From: a virus
Virus record (IMG/VR): IMGVR_UViG_3300009151_000061
Span: 8,424-72,423 of that record
Direction: 5' to 3' (one strand)
DNA: 64,000 nt
Below are positions 1 to 9,471 of the stretch, one piece after another; position 1 is the stretch's first letter, and the number at the start of each line of letters is the position of its first letter. The translations under genes and the position numbers were made by a program. The notes beneath the pieces are model-generated. The model saw only the letters and a program-made list of their open reading frames with translations. It was not told where the DNA came from and ran no database searches.

Positions 1-477
1 TTAACTGAATTAATAATGAGGGGTATAGAGTATAATAAAGAAAAGGGGATGGTAATCTATGAAAAGGTGATTGCTAATCCACAAGAAGGATTGATGGGTA
101 TTAAGAAATACTTAGAAAGACTTATAGTTTTATATTTTATTGAAAGAGGTAAAGGATTGGATGATTTCCGAATGTTTACTTTAAAGATAAAAGAACTATC
201 AAAACTAGGTGAGGAAGCTGAGGAAACGATAGCTGAGTTACTCAGAGAGAATGGATTTGAGGTTGTTTACCAAGGTGGTAATGGAGACTTTATTGATATG
301 ATTTTTGGATGTGATATGATAGTAAAACATGAAAAGTGGGGTTATAAATCTGTTCAGGTTAAGAATAAGTTTCCTGGATGGAAGTCATTATCCCATTATA
401 AAGTAGACTGGCTGGGACTTGCTTATCCTAATATTGAGTTAATTGATTTTAAGACGCAACAACCGGTTCGTCTATAA
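1..477 (+). CDS. PD-(D/E)XK-like nuclease-fold protein, probably truncated at the window edge
   Basis: Frame is open from position 1. GEEAEETIAELL...DMIVK...SVQVK resembles restriction-endonuclease/YraN-like motifs. Confidence 0.45.
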   Translation, partial: LTELIMRGIEYNKEKGMVIYEKVIANPQEGLMGIKKYLERLIVLYFIERGKGLDDFRMFTLKIKELSKLGEEAEETIAELLRENGFEVVYQGGNGDFIDMIFGCDMIVKHEKWGYKSVQVKNKFPGWKSLSHYKVDWLGLAYPNIELIDFKTQQPVRL

Positions 478-494
478 ATTTTTTAACCATTTAA

Positions 495-737
495 ATGATC
501 AAAAATGACGAACTTTATCCTCTCTATATTGCTTATTTAGAGAGAAAAAATTTAAGTAAAGGAGCTCTGAGTTTATCAAAAATATCAGAGCAACTATTCT
601 CCGAGTTTAAGGAGAAGTATATAAACTCACCTGGTTTTAGGGACAAACAAGATAAACTTTATCTAAACGTATCAAGGGATATAAAACTTGACTCTATATT
701 AGAGGATGATTTTGATAAGTTTATGAATGATTTATGA
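495..737 (+). CDS. hypothetical protein with RDxK[IL]D motif (RDIKLDSIL)
   Basis: ORF track; motif near the C-terminus. Confidence 0.7.
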   Translation: MIKNDELYPLYIAYLERKNLSKGALSLSKISEQLFSEFKEKYINSPGFRDKQDKLYLNVSRDIKLDSILEDDFDKFMNDL

Positions 738-762
738 GTTTCATAATAAAATATATACCATT

Positions 763-1500
763 ATGAAACATATTCTTTCTATAAATGAGTTATACAAAAG
801 TACTTATATTAGTGCAGCTAATAAGATTAGCAAGAGTCAGGATTCAAGAAGATCCAGACTTAAAAGACATGCTGATTTAAAGGGTATTAACGAACCTATC
901 GATAGAGAGTTCCACTATAGATTTACCTTTGATAAGGTAAAATTCCCACCTGATTTATATTACATGGTAAATCCAAAAGGATTTAACCAAGAAGAATTAA
1001 AGAAAATGGGTCCTTTTGCACCCAATCCACCTTATTTTTTCATAACTGATTTTAAATATGACAGGGATCAAGAATTTGGTGGTCATTTTGATCCAAAAGG
1101 ATGGTCAGTTGTTCTAAAAGTAAATTTCAAGTCCAATTATGGTGATGTAATAGAAACAAGTTGCCGTCTTGATCTAGATAAAGATGGTAAGACATGTCAT
1201 CCTAGACTTTTTGTAAAATATGGGGATAATGATTCGAGAGGATTTTATTTTAGTAACAGAAAAGATGCTAATATGTTTAAGAAATTCCTAATTAAAGAAG
1301 TCTTACCAGAATTAGAAAGTCAAAAGATAATAGCTATAAAGAGTGAATACTTAATAAATAATTTTAGCGAAACTACTTATAAAGATAATGGAAAAGATAA
1401 ACCTGTTATTAAACTAGTAAACGGGGATCCAACAAGATGTTATATACCACTTCATTATATAAATAATATATCAATAAACGAAATATATGAAGAAGAATAA
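763..1500 (+). CDS. hypothetical protein with N-terminal MKHILSINE motif (putative head-internal protein)
   Basis: Start moved to ATG 763, 5 nt after AAATATATA. Confidence 0.7.
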   Translation: MKHILSINELYKSTYISAANKISKSQDSRRSRLKRHADLKGINEPIDREFHYRFTFDKVKFPPDLYYMVNPKGFNQEELKKMGPFAPNPPYFFITDFKYDRDQEFGGHFDPKGWSVVLKVNFKSNYGDVIETSCRLDLDKDGKTCHPRLFVKYGDNDSRGFYFSNRKDANMFKKFLIKEVLPELESQKIIAIKSEYLINNFSETTYKDNGKDKPVIKLVNGDPTRCYIPLHYINNISINEIYEEE

Positions 1501-1501
1501 T

Positions 1502-1978
1502 ATGATACATATTAAAACATTTGAAAGTTATAATAGCCGATTAGATGATATATTAGATAAGATTAATAAGTCTGGTAAATCGTCCCTAACTCAATCAGAG
1601 TTAGAGTATTTAAATGCTTATTCTACTGATGATTTTGGCAAGATGGATTATATTAACAAGATAGAAGGTCAAAGAAATTTTAACTCTTCTGATGGTTACT
1701 TTAGATTTAAGTATGAATATACAGAGGATTATGGTGATGAAGTTTTTTACTATGGTATTTTATATGTTCCTGATTTAGAGTGGCCAAATGGTAAAAGAAT
1801 AACTGGAGAGCTTGAGGGATATATAGCTGTGTATCCTAGTAAGCAAATAGCTCCGGTATTTGAAAAGGATGGATATGATGTATTAGAATTTTGTAATGGA
1901 CTAGAATATGAACTAGACTCATTTTTAGAATATGTAATAGATACTATAGAAGATGAAAAAATGGGTTCTGATATTTAA
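1502..1978 (+). CDS. hypothetical protein, MIHIKTFES N-terminus plus DUF6576-like segment
   Basis: LDDILDKINKSGKSSLTQSELEYL resembles the short domain at the C-terminus of Bacteroidota rhomboid proteases. Start moved to ATG 1502. Confidence 0.6.
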   Translation: MIHIKTFESYNSRLDDILDKINKSGKSSLTQSELEYLNAYSTDDFGKMDYINKIEGQRNFNSSDGYFRFKYEYTEDYGDEVFYYGILYVPDLEWPNGKRITGELEGYIAVYPSKQIAPVFEKDGYDVLEFCNGLEYELDSFLEYVIDTIEDEKMGSDI

Positions 1979-1984
1979 TATATA
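1976..1984 (+). promoter_or_regulatory. putative late promoter TAATATATA
   Basis: Recurrent motif upstream of structural and N-tagged genes. Confidence 0.6.
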
Positions 1985-2008
1985 GAAATATAAAAATAAT
2001 GATTTAAT

Positions 2009-2767
2009 ATGAAAATTAATCGTTTTGATCAATTTGTAAAGAATAGAATCAATGAAGATGTTGAAGCTATTGAGACTCCAGAAGAGTTTGAAAACGAAGA
2101 AGGTATTGAACGTACTGAAGAGATGGAAGAAGAGGATGACTCTAATCTTATCGATGAAGTAGATCAAGACTTAAATGACGATATAGAAGATAATGAGTTT
2201 GATGAAGAACCAGAAGATGATTTTGGTTCAGAAGAAACTATGGGACAAAGACCAAGAACTGTAAAGTCTTATAATGACTTTGAGGGAGATGACGAGTTCA
2301 ATGATGAAGAAGATGAATTCCCAGGTGGCGAATGGTCTGAAGATACCGAAAATAGAGAACCAGATGAGGACTATATGTTCCATGAAGGTGGTGAAGAAGA
2401 AGAAGAGGGAGAAGAAGAATCTGGCGAATATAAAGGTGAAGTTGAAATGAAAAGACTCGCTGATATTTTAGGTACAGAAGTTGTAAACAACCAAATCGAA
2501 TTCGAAGGAAAGAAAATCAACTACTATTCTGAAACTGAAAAGTTCCACGTTGGTAAGAAGAAATTTGAAACACCTGAAGAAGTTATCGATTACTTAGAAT
2601 CTGGTAGTGAAGGCACTCCTATGATGGGTGAAGAAACTCCAATGCCTCATGAAGAAGAGGAAGAAATGGGTAGTGGTCACGAAGAGGAAATGCGTCATGA
2701 AGAAGAGGAAATGCCAAATGATATGGCTATGGAATCTAGAAGATTTATAAGAAGAAGATTTAAATAA
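2009..2767 (+). CDS. highly acidic protein with N-terminal motif (putative head-internal or scaffold-like)
   Basis: MKINRFDQF...INED start, E/D-rich body, basic C-terminus after MES. Confidence 0.7.
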   Translation: MKINRFDQFVKNRINEDVEAIETPEEFENEEGIERTEEMEEEDDSNLIDEVDQDLNDDIEDNEFDEEPEDDFGSEETMGQRPRTVKSYNDFEGDDEFNDEEDEFPGGEWSEDTENREPDEDYMFHEGGEEEEEGEEESGEYKGEVEMKRLADILGTEVVNNQIEFEGKKINYYSETEKFHVGKKKFETPEEVIDYLESGSEGTPMMGEETPMPHEEEEEMGSGHEEEMRHEEEEMPNDMAMESRRFIRRRFK

Positions 2768-2773
2768 TTTTTG

Positions 2774-2781
2774 TATATTTG
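2774..2781 (+). promoter_or_regulatory. Bacteroidota-type -7 promoter element TATATTTG
   Basis: Matches TAnnTTTG; ATG at 2786 is 4 nt downstream. Confidence 0.5.
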
Positions 2782-2785
2782 TAAT

Positions 2786-3019
2786 ATGAACATTAAAAGA
2801 TTTAACGAAGATATAGATGATAACGGTGGTCGTAAGGAAATGACTATAAGAGTAAAAAACTTAATAGAATACCTTAGTCAAATTGATCCCGAAACCCCTG
2901 TTTATTTAGATAAAGATGGTTGGGATTATGATGTTACAAATGCTAAAAACGAAGTGGATGTGATAGATCAAATAGGACTATTTGGTAGATATAAAGACTA
3001 TTTATACATATTTAACTAA
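2786..3019 (+). CDS. hypothetical protein, MNIKRFNE N-terminus
   Basis: ORF track; start moved to ATG 2786. Confidence 0.65.
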   Translation: MNIKRFNEDIDDNGGRKEMTIRVKNLIEYLSQIDPETPVYLDKDGWDYDVTNAKNEVDVIDQIGLFGRYKDYLYIFN

Positions 3020-3020
3020 A

Positions 3021-3539
3021 ATGAGAAACTTAATTTCATTTAATGAATCAAAAGAAACCCTACAAGGTTTCTTTTTTGATAAGTTGGACTGGAACTTTTT
3101 AGAGGAGTTTCTATCCTATGCTACCGATTTAGAAGATTCTGGTAATAAAGTATCTATTAGATGCGTTGTTAGTGGGAGTATTGGTAAATCATTTAAACAT
3201 AGTAGGTATATTGTTATTTGGTCATATTCAACACAAGACCATCTCGTAAATGATATAAGACAAGAAGGAGAGTTCAATCCCCATATTGACGAAACAAGTC
3301 TATTAAACTGGACTAAAAAGTCTTATAATGATTTTGGATTATATTATTTAATATTCACAGAGCCAAAGGGTCGTAAGGAATATCATGAGGGTGAATCCGA
3401 TGAAGAATACTTATTAGCTAGAAATAAAGAAGAAAAATTAATACTTAATATTCTCAATAAGTTAAAGTCTAAATATAAAATACAACATTTACCCAAAATA
3501 ACTGATGAAGAACTTATAAAAGTAAAACCTCTCATTTGA
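3021..3539 (+). CDS. hypothetical protein, MRNLISFNES N-terminus
   Basis: Start moved to ATG 3021, just after the previous stop. Confidence 0.65.
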   Translation: MRNLISFNESKETLQGFFFDKLDWNFLEEFLSYATDLEDSGNKVSIRCVVSGSIGKSFKHSRYIVIWSYSTQDHLVNDIRQEGEFNPHIDETSLLNWTKKSYNDFGLYYLIFTEPKGRKEYHEGESDEEYLLARNKEEKLILNILNKLKSKYKIQHLPKITDEELIKVKPLI

Positions 3540-3549
3540 GAGGTTTTTT
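3524..3549. terminator. bidirectional intrinsic terminator
   Basis: aaaacctctc-attt-gagaggtttt hairpin between convergent genes. Confidence 0.75.
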
Positions 3550-3552
3550 ACT

Positions 3553-3903
3553 TTAGTCAAGTGGTGGTTCTTCATCAGTTGGTGGTTTACTAGGAGGATT
3601 TTGAGCTGGTGGATTTTGAGCTGCAGCTGCAACAATAGTTGGTGTAGAATCATCTGAGTTTTTAGATGACATAACCTTTTTTAACCCCATTAAAGAAGCA
3701 CCAATCAGAACAAATGTTATAGATTGTGTTATGATGTCAATGGATTTACTAATCCACATCTTATCAATACAACCTAAAAGAAAACATAATGTACCTACCA
3801 TACATATAATAATCCCAGTAAACGATGTACCTGACGTTTTTCCATTTTGGTCACTGAATAACTCAGCCCAAGAGAATTCTCCATGATTAGAAATCTTTTC
3901 CAT
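3553..3903 (-). CDS. small two-helix membrane protein, possible holin
   Basis: Two hydrophobic stretches and a Pro-rich tail. TAATATATA at 3924-3932 on the minus strand; ATG at 3903. Confidence 0.45.
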   Translation of the reverse strand: MEKISNHGEFSWAELFSDQNGKTSGTSFTGIIICMVGTLCFLLGCIDKMWISKSIDIITQSITFVLIGASLMGLKKVMSSKNSDDSTPTIVAAAAQNPPAQNPPSKPPTDEEPPLD

Positions 3904-3973
3904 AAACAAAACTTATTTTTATTTATATATTAAGTATGAAAATAGAAAAAGGGAAAGAAAAATATATACTTTA

Positions 3974-4447
3974 ATGAGAGATTTAAGAATACTAAAGTCC
4001 CTACAAAAATCTAGACACGAACATTTTTTATCAGTTGATTTCGAATTTTATAAAAGATGGAAATACATTATCAAATTAATCTTATTTTTTAATAAGAAAT
4101 ATATTCCTTGTGAGATTTTTCGTAGAAAATATAAATACCAAAGAAACTTTGTAGTCGTTGGACTAAAATACTCTGGTAAAAATGTAAAACGCAGAACGTC
4201 CGGTTTTGCAAAAGAGTTCGTACAAAATCACGACAACCCAAAGTGTATCTATTGTGAGTCAAAACTCAATATGGAGAACGCAACCTCAGACCACATCGTA
4301 CCTATATCCTCCGGTGGAAATAATTGCCAAGTAAATATAATTGTTTGTTGTAAAGCTTGTAATAATGAAAGAGGGAACATGGAGTTTAATGAGTATCTCA
4401 AAAGAAAGAATCCAAAATATAAAGACGTAAAATATCCATTTATATGA
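3974..4447 (+). CDS. HNH endonuclease
   Basis: CIYC...ATSDHIVPISSGG...NIIVCCKACNNERG. Confidence 0.85.
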   Translation: MRDLRILKSLQKSRHEHFLSVDFEFYKRWKYIIKLILFFNKKYIPCEIFRRKYKYQRNFVVVGLKYSGKNVKRRTSGFAKEFVQNHDNPKCIYCESKLNMENATSDHIVPISSGGNNCQVNIIVCCKACNNERGNMEFNEYLKRKNPKYKDVKYPFI

Positions 4448-4809
4448 TTTACTATGACCAAAAAATTGATAAGACATTTGATATCATTTCATATACATTT
4501 ACTAATCAGTCCCGGATTGAACTTACTGTTACCTTTCATGATTCTGACTCAAGATACTTAGATGAATGGTTTCGTGATATTTACAACAGCGATGGATCAT
4601 GGATTAAACCATCTGAATATAAAAGAGAACTGTATATAATTGATAAAATTGATATCCATCTAATAGGGTGTTTTATAACAAACATAAGTTATAAACCTAA
4701 TAGTACATGTGTTGTAAATATAAGTTCAGACTATTATAATAGTGGGATTGATTTATCCTCCGTTAGACATATACACAGAGACAAAAAAATAGACCAAATC
4801 TTAAACTGA
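4444..4809 (+). CDS. possible degenerate gp19 tail-tube-like protein with C-terminal RDKKIDQILN
   Basis: LTVTFHD...LDEWF...PSEYKR...LIGCFIT...SDYY recalls the T4 gp19 pattern (by eye). Confidence 0.4.
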   Translation: MIYYDQKIDKTFDIISYTFTNQSRIELTVTFHDSDSRYLDEWFRDIYNSDGSWIKPSEYKRELYIIDKIDIHLIGCFITNISYKPNSTCVVNISSDYYNSGIDLSSVRHIHRDKKIDQILN

Positions 4810-5970
4810 TTTGGTCTTCTCTTTCCATTTTCTTTTTTCCTTTTTAGGAATCCATCTTATATCCATTATATCCTTAGTAAAGAAATCTTGTAGTCCTAGC
4901 TTCTTATACGGATTACTTACCAACTCTGATAGTTTGTTTAAATCTTTAACTTTACTGATTCTATATAGTAACCTATGTGGATCATCTGATTTTTTCTTAT
5001 CAACTATGTCTTGAAATAGTTTCTTCCAAAGAAATACTGGATATCCTATTTTAAGTTTCTCCTCAGCCTTATCGAAACCAGCTTGGTCATTATCATAGAA
5101 ATATTGAAGCTCAAGATTATTAGATTCTAAGAACCTCATGTCTGTATTAACACCGACAACACCTATGCTGTTTGGATAGAATAAGGAATCTAAATACCCT
5201 TCAAATATAGTTATTGTACTTCCAAAATCAACATTTAGAATGTTAAAATAGTAACTTAGCTTATTATAAATAACTAACTGGTTTAAATCTATATCTGTTA
5301 TTTCCTCTACGTCATGAATCCATTTGTATAAGGTTTCATAGTTATAGATTTTGAATAAACGTCGCTTCCCATCCTTTAGGTTTCTGATTTGTATCCCTAA
5401 TACTTTAGAACCTCTACGGTTCAATAATATCATAATAGGTTCCCATCTATCAGCATTCATCCAGTATTTACCCTCATATATGTTTGTATGTAAATCAGAT
5501 GTTATACCACGACCAACTAGATATTGAAAAATAGTTCCACCTTTAGTAATAGGTTTAAAGTCAGTTATAATTTGTTCACTGTTATTGAATATCCTTTCTA
5601 AGTCATTAAAATCAATGAGTTTGTCAAACTCATGATCTAGGAAGTCATCCTCAGCATCTTTATATGATATAGTATAGTTAAGGTGGTCTATGAGTTCCAT
5701 TTTCTTTCCGGGATCCATTCTTACGTTGAAATCCTTTAGTAGTTTGTCTAGATTGGTCTTTTTACCACAGTTAAAACAAACAAAGATCATTTTATTCCAC
5801 CATATATTTCCACGTTTAGCATTTCTGGTTCGGGAGCTATCACCACAGTATGGACAAGCGAACTGGACACGGTCTGTATACTCATTGATCCTACGCTTTT
5901 CAGATTCCTTAAAATTTGAATCCAATACAGATTGGATTAATCCCTTTAAATAAACTTTGTCCATAGTCAT
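4801..5970 (-). CDS. DNA primase (T4 gp61-like)
   Basis: Zn finger CPYCGDS...CFNC; TOPRIM motifs FEGYLDS and YDNDQAG. Confidence 0.9.
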   Translation of the reverse strand: MTMDKVYLKGLIQSVLDSNFKESEKRRINEYTDRVQFACPYCGDSSRTRNAKRGNIWWNKMIFVCFNCGKKTNLDKLLKDFNVRMDPGKKMELIDHLNYTISYKDAEDDFLDHEFDKLIDFNDLERIFNNSEQIITDFKPITKGGTIFQYLVGRGITSDLHTNIYEGKYWMNADRWEPIMILLNRRGSKVLGIQIRNLKDGKRRLFKIYNYETLYKWIHDVEEITDIDLNQLVIYNKLSYYFNILNVDFGSTITIFEGYLDSLFYPNSIGVVGVNTDMRFLESNNLELQYFYDNDQAGFDKAEEKLKIGYPVFLWKKLFQDIVDKKKSDDPHRLLYRISKVKDLNKLSELVSNPYKKLGLQDFFTKDIMDIRWIPKKEKRKWKEKTKSV

Positions 5971-6000
5971 GATATATTTTTTGATGTTAAAGTTTTTTTT

Positions 6001-6008
6001 TATATTTG
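6001..6008 (+). promoter_or_regulatory. Bacteroidota-type promoter TATATTTG
   Basis: TAnnTTTG 4 nt before ATG 6013; TTTG at 5980-5983. Confidence 0.6.
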
Positions 6009-6012
6009 TGAT

Positions 6013-6318
6013 ATGGAAAAGATCAAAGCCAAGCTAATAAAAAGAAAAGATATACGAGACGATATTAAAAAATCCTTTTTACAAGCATACTCTGAAGAAG
6101 GTCATGTCAGTGTGGGATATTTCACGGAATGGCCGGAACTTGGATCGAGTTTTCGATTTCATGAGTATTCGGATGAACTAAATGAATATTTTTCACTTGT
6201 TACAACATTCGTAGTTGAAATGGTCGACCATCGAACATTTAAAACCAAAAATAGCATCTATGAACTTCTAACAATAGTAGATGAAAGGGATGATAAAATT
6301 GATAACTTATTAAAATAA
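6013..6318 (+). CDS. hypothetical protein with C-terminal RDDKIDNLLK
   Basis: ORF track; motif ends at the stop codon. Confidence 0.75.
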   Translation: MEKIKAKLIKRKDIRDDIKKSFLQAYSEEGHVSVGYFTEWPELGSSFRFHEYSDELNEYFSLVTTFVVEMVDHRTFKTKNSIYELLTIVDERDDKIDNLLK

Positions 6319-6321
6319 TAT

Positions 6322-6795
6322 ATGAATAAAAAATCTTTAGAACTATTGAACATGATTCTAACATCTATTAAATCAGATGAGAAGGTTAGACATAAGTGGA
6401 ATACTAGACAAACATATATAAATGAAAACAGAGATTATATATCCGACAAAGTGGATTATTATGATATTACCTTAAATAATAAGGAAATGATATATGTATA
6501 TGAGATACGTATATCACGAGTACCTAGGATTTTCTTTGATAGATATATCACCCAAATAAACTTAACAAGTGCTACTGATAGGTATGCTAGTGCAAACAAT
6601 ATGTTTTTTGACTCAAAAACAGCATTCTATACAAGAAGTATACAAAAACGTATATTCAAATTACTCTTGGATAGGGAAAAAGAATCCTTGCTTAAAAAAG
6701 AAGACGAAAAATTCGACATCTTAATCAAAGATGTCCAGAAATCAGTTAATAAGGTTAATCTAAGAGACGACAAAATAGATGAAGTTTTAAAATAA
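6322..6795 (+). CDS. hypothetical protein with C-terminal RDDKIDEVLK
   Basis: ORF track; motif ends at the stop codon. Confidence 0.75.
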   Translation: MNKKSLELLNMILTSIKSDEKVRHKWNTRQTYINENRDYISDKVDYYDITLNNKEMIYVYEIRISRVPRIFFDRYITQINLTSATDRYASANNMFFDSKTAFYTRSIQKRIFKLLLDREKESLLKKEDEKFDILIKDVQKSVNKVNLRDDKIDEVLK

Positions 6796-6823
6796 AAAAG
6801 AGAGTCGAAATGACTCTCTTTTT
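6795..6823. terminator. bidirectional intrinsic terminator
   Basis: aaaaagagagtc-gaaat-gactctcttttt between convergent genes. Confidence 0.8.
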
Positions 6824-6824
6824 A

Positions 6825-7214
6825 TTATTTGAAACCTCTAAGGGTTTTTGCTAAGTTTAATCTTTTATATTTCTTAGCATCAGAACCTCCAAGTTGTACA
6901 CCTGGCTTTTCTTTATCCTTATCTTTCTTTCTTAACTTAGAAAGTTCAGAGTTGATCTCAGTACTTGAGATTTTCTCACCCTTCTTTTTCTTCATGCTTC
7001 TGCGTAAAGAACCCGGACTCTTGATAGCATCCTGAATCCACTTAGATTCAGTAACACCTTCTTCATGTCCTTCAGCTTCCCAGCACATTTTTTGAAGTTC
7101 TTCTTCGTGTATATCTTCAAGTTCATGTCTTTCCCAACCACAGTTACAAAGCTTACCAATCATTTCTTCTCTATTTGAAGATTCATATGATTCAAATGTT
7201 TTTAAGTGTTTCAT
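6825..7214 (-). CDS. hypothetical protein, MKHLKTFES N-terminus, basic C-terminal half
   Basis: ORF track; acidic N-half, then VTES, then Lys-rich KWIQDAIKSPGSLR segment. Confidence 0.75.
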   Translation of the reverse strand: MKHLKTFESYESSNREEMIGKLCNCGWERHELEDIHEEELQKMCWEAEGHEEGVTESKWIQDAIKSPGSLRRSMKKKKGEKISSTEINSELSKLRKKDKDKEKPGVQLGGSDAKKYKRLNLAKTLRGFK

Positions 7215-7216
7215 AG

Positions 7217-8305
7217 TTATTTCTTTCTTTTGTATGCAAACTCTTTATACAAGTCTTCGTCTTGCTTAGTTTGGTTCTTCATTTGATTATGATAATCATC
7301 TTTAGGAGCATCCTTGGTATTTGGGTAATGCCACTGTGTATCATTATTCCACTTTGTGAAAGGCATTACTGAACCCTCCATACCCCATGGTTGAACAGAT
7401 GTCTCATTCATACCTGTACTGAATCTACTTCTTTCACCACCCGGCTTAGAACGGTCAGTTGTTTTGTAGATATTGAACTTTGTCTCGTGTTCGAAGCTAT
7501 TAGTAAGTGCGGATTTCTCTTTGAAAGACTTCTTAACATGATCAACATTCTTTGGATCGTCATCTGAGAATCCGATAGATACACTCTTAGCACCAATCTT
7601 TTCACCAAAATGGTTACACTTTTCAATGAACTTATCAAGAGCCATTTCCTTAGCAACTTCTGGATTTTCTGTAGATCCCTGACCAAATTCATTTTTGAAT
7701 GAGTCAGATGAAACTCCATAGAAATCACAGTTGTCTAAATAAACTTGAATAAGAGGTGAATCAGTTAGTTTATCTTTGGCTATTCTTGAAAATTGGTCTA
7801 CATCACCTGGAGAGAATAAGTAAGCATTTTTAAGACAATGACTATACAAACTGAATTTTTGATCCTCAGTTAGTATATTATTAATAATATACTCAACCGC
7901 ACTTCTTATTGTTTCTGGTTCGTGTCCTCTTGCAGTTACTATCGCAAAAATAGCACCCTCACTTAAACATTTAATAAACGCTTCCCAAGCTGGAGCAAAT
8001 CTTCCTTGATTTACAGCATCCATTGTATCTTCAAGGAATGCTTTTTTACCTCTTGGTCCAAAGTCTCTGAACTCACAAAAGGCTTCCCCCGGATCATTAT
8101 TCCTTAATCTATAATTTTGCTTATCATTTCTAACAGTAGCAAACTCAGCAGTTGATACGTCAATAGGCAACCATCCATCACCGACCTTTTGATCCATGTG
8201 AATAACTGTTGACATGTGTAGGATATTATCATCCCAGTCAAAAGCGTAATAATGTAGTTCAATGTTAGCTGACTCCTTGATGTAGTCACCAAATTTTCTA
8301 ATCAT
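7217..8305 (-). CDS. HAD-superfamily phosphatase with N-terminal motif
   Basis: AFDWDDNI (motif I), IVTARGH (motif II), GFSDDD (motif IV). Start moved to ATG 8305 (MIRKFGDYIKES). Confidence 0.75.
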   Translation of the reverse strand: MIRKFGDYIKESANIELHYYAFDWDDNILHMSTVIHMDQKVGDGWLPIDVSTAEFATVRNDKQNYRLRNNDPGEAFCEFRDFGPRGKKAFLEDTMDAVNQGRFAPAWEAFIKCLSEGAIFAIVTARGHEPETIRSAVEYIINNILTEDQKFSLYSHCLKNAYLFSPGDVDQFSRIAKDKLTDSPLIQVYLDNCDFYGVSSDSFKNEFGQGSTENPEVAKEMALDKFIEKCNHFGEKIGAKSVSIGFSDDDPKNVDHVKKSFKEKSALTNSFEHETKFNIYKTTDRSKPGGERSRFSTGMNETSVQPWGMEGSVMPFTKWNNDTQWHYPNTKDAPKDDYHNQMKNQTKQDEDLYKEFAYKRKK

Positions 8306-8306
8306 A

Positions 8307-8696
8307 TTATCTTCTTGAACGTTTTGGAGCAACTTTTCTAGATTCGTTAACTCTTTTTACTTTCTTATTCTTGTTAAAATAAGCAGAGAATGATTCTAAA
8401 GTACCTTCTTCAGCTGGAGCTTCTTCTTCCTCTTCCTCTTCTTCACCCATTTCTTCCTCTTCACCTGCTTCTTCTTCACCCATTTCTTCTTCGTCGCCTA
8501 AGTCGGTTTCTTCTTCACCAAAAGCTTCCATGTCTTCACCATCTTCTTCAGATTCGTGACCTGGGTGATCTTCACCACCTTCTAATTCAAACTCTTCTAC
8601 GACTTCGCCGTCTTTAGAAGCGCTTACTACTAGAAGACCTTCTTCTCTTTCTTCTATTGTTATCTCGTAACCGTGCATTTCAATAGTTGTTTTCAT
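8307..8696 (-). CDS. acidic hypothetical protein
   Basis: Glu-rich; TAATATATA at 8718-8726 (-). Confidence 0.7.
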   Translation of the reverse strand: MKTTIEMHGYEITIEEREEGLLVVSASKDGEVVEEFELEGGEDHPGHESEEDGEDMEAFGEEETDLGDEEEMGEEEAGEEEEMGEEEEEEEEAPAEEGTLESFSAYFNKNKKVKRVNESRKVAPKRSRR

Positions 8697-8791
8697 ATTT
8701 AAATACTTTTTTATTTTTATATATTAAAATCAGATTCTCATTTTTAGAACTTTTCAATGATTATTAACTAAAAAATAAAAAACTAAATTTT

Positions 8792-9448
8792 ATGCAAGAT
8801 TTTAGAAAATATGCCACCAAACATAGAGGCATTAGTAGTACTTATTTTGATTCATACCAAAAGAAAGCACTAACACAACACATATTAGAAGACGCTGGAG
8901 AAGGAATAATGGTTGATATCTTTTCTAAACTTATAGAAAGCAGAATCATATTCCTTTCAACAGAAATGGAATCTGACGTATGTAACATTATAAAAGCTCA
9001 ACTATTATATCTTGAACAGATGGATTCTGAAGAAGACATTAAGATATACATTGATAGTCCCGGTGGATCTGTTTATAGTGGATTAGGATTACTTGATACT
9101 ATGGATTATGTTAAACCAGACATTGCTACAATCAATACTGGACTAGCTGCTTCAATGGGTGCTGTAATCCTTTGTTCTGGTGCTAAAGGTAAGAGAAAGT
9201 CCCTTAAAAGGTCAAGAACAATGATTCACCAGCCACTATCGGCTAGTTATGGATACTCACAAGCATCCGATATGGAGATAGAAGCAAGAGAGGTAAACTC
9301 ACTTAAAAAAGAACTTTATGAAATTATATCAGAAAGGACTAACCAAAGTTATGATAGAGTAGAGAAGGACTCTGATAGAGACTATTGGATGACTGCTGAG
9401 GAAGCGAAGGCTTATGGTATGATTGACGAGATTATAAAGAAAAAATAA
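8792..9448 (+). CDS. clpP: ATP-dependent Clp protease proteolytic subunit
   Basis: IYIDSPGGSVYSG, GLAASMGAVIL (catalytic Ser), MIHQP (His), DSDRDYWMTAEEAKAYGMID. Confidence 0.95.
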   Translation: MQDFRKYATKHRGISSTYFDSYQKKALTQHILEDAGEGIMVDIFSKLIESRIIFLSTEMESDVCNIIKAQLLYLEQMDSEEDIKIYIDSPGGSVYSGLGLLDTMDYVKPDIATINTGLAASMGAVILCSGAKGKRKSLKRSRTMIHQPLSASYGYSQASDMEIEAREVNSLKKELYEIISERTNQSYDRVEKDSDRDYWMTAEEAKAYGMIDEIIKKK

Positions 9449-9471
9449 CCACTCTAAGAGTGGTTATTTTT
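9441..9471. terminator. bidirectional intrinsic terminator
   Basis: aaaaataaccactc-taa-gagtggttattttt. Confidence 0.8.

Noticed and set aside
5971-5995. AAAC-N18-TATAA promoter for the primase gene
   Set aside because: AAACTT is present but the spacing to the TATA-like element does not fit.
4777-6795. RDxKID motif as a DNA-level repeat or recombination site
   Set aside because: Underlying codons vary synonymously and the motif is always in frame, so it is treated as a peptide signal.
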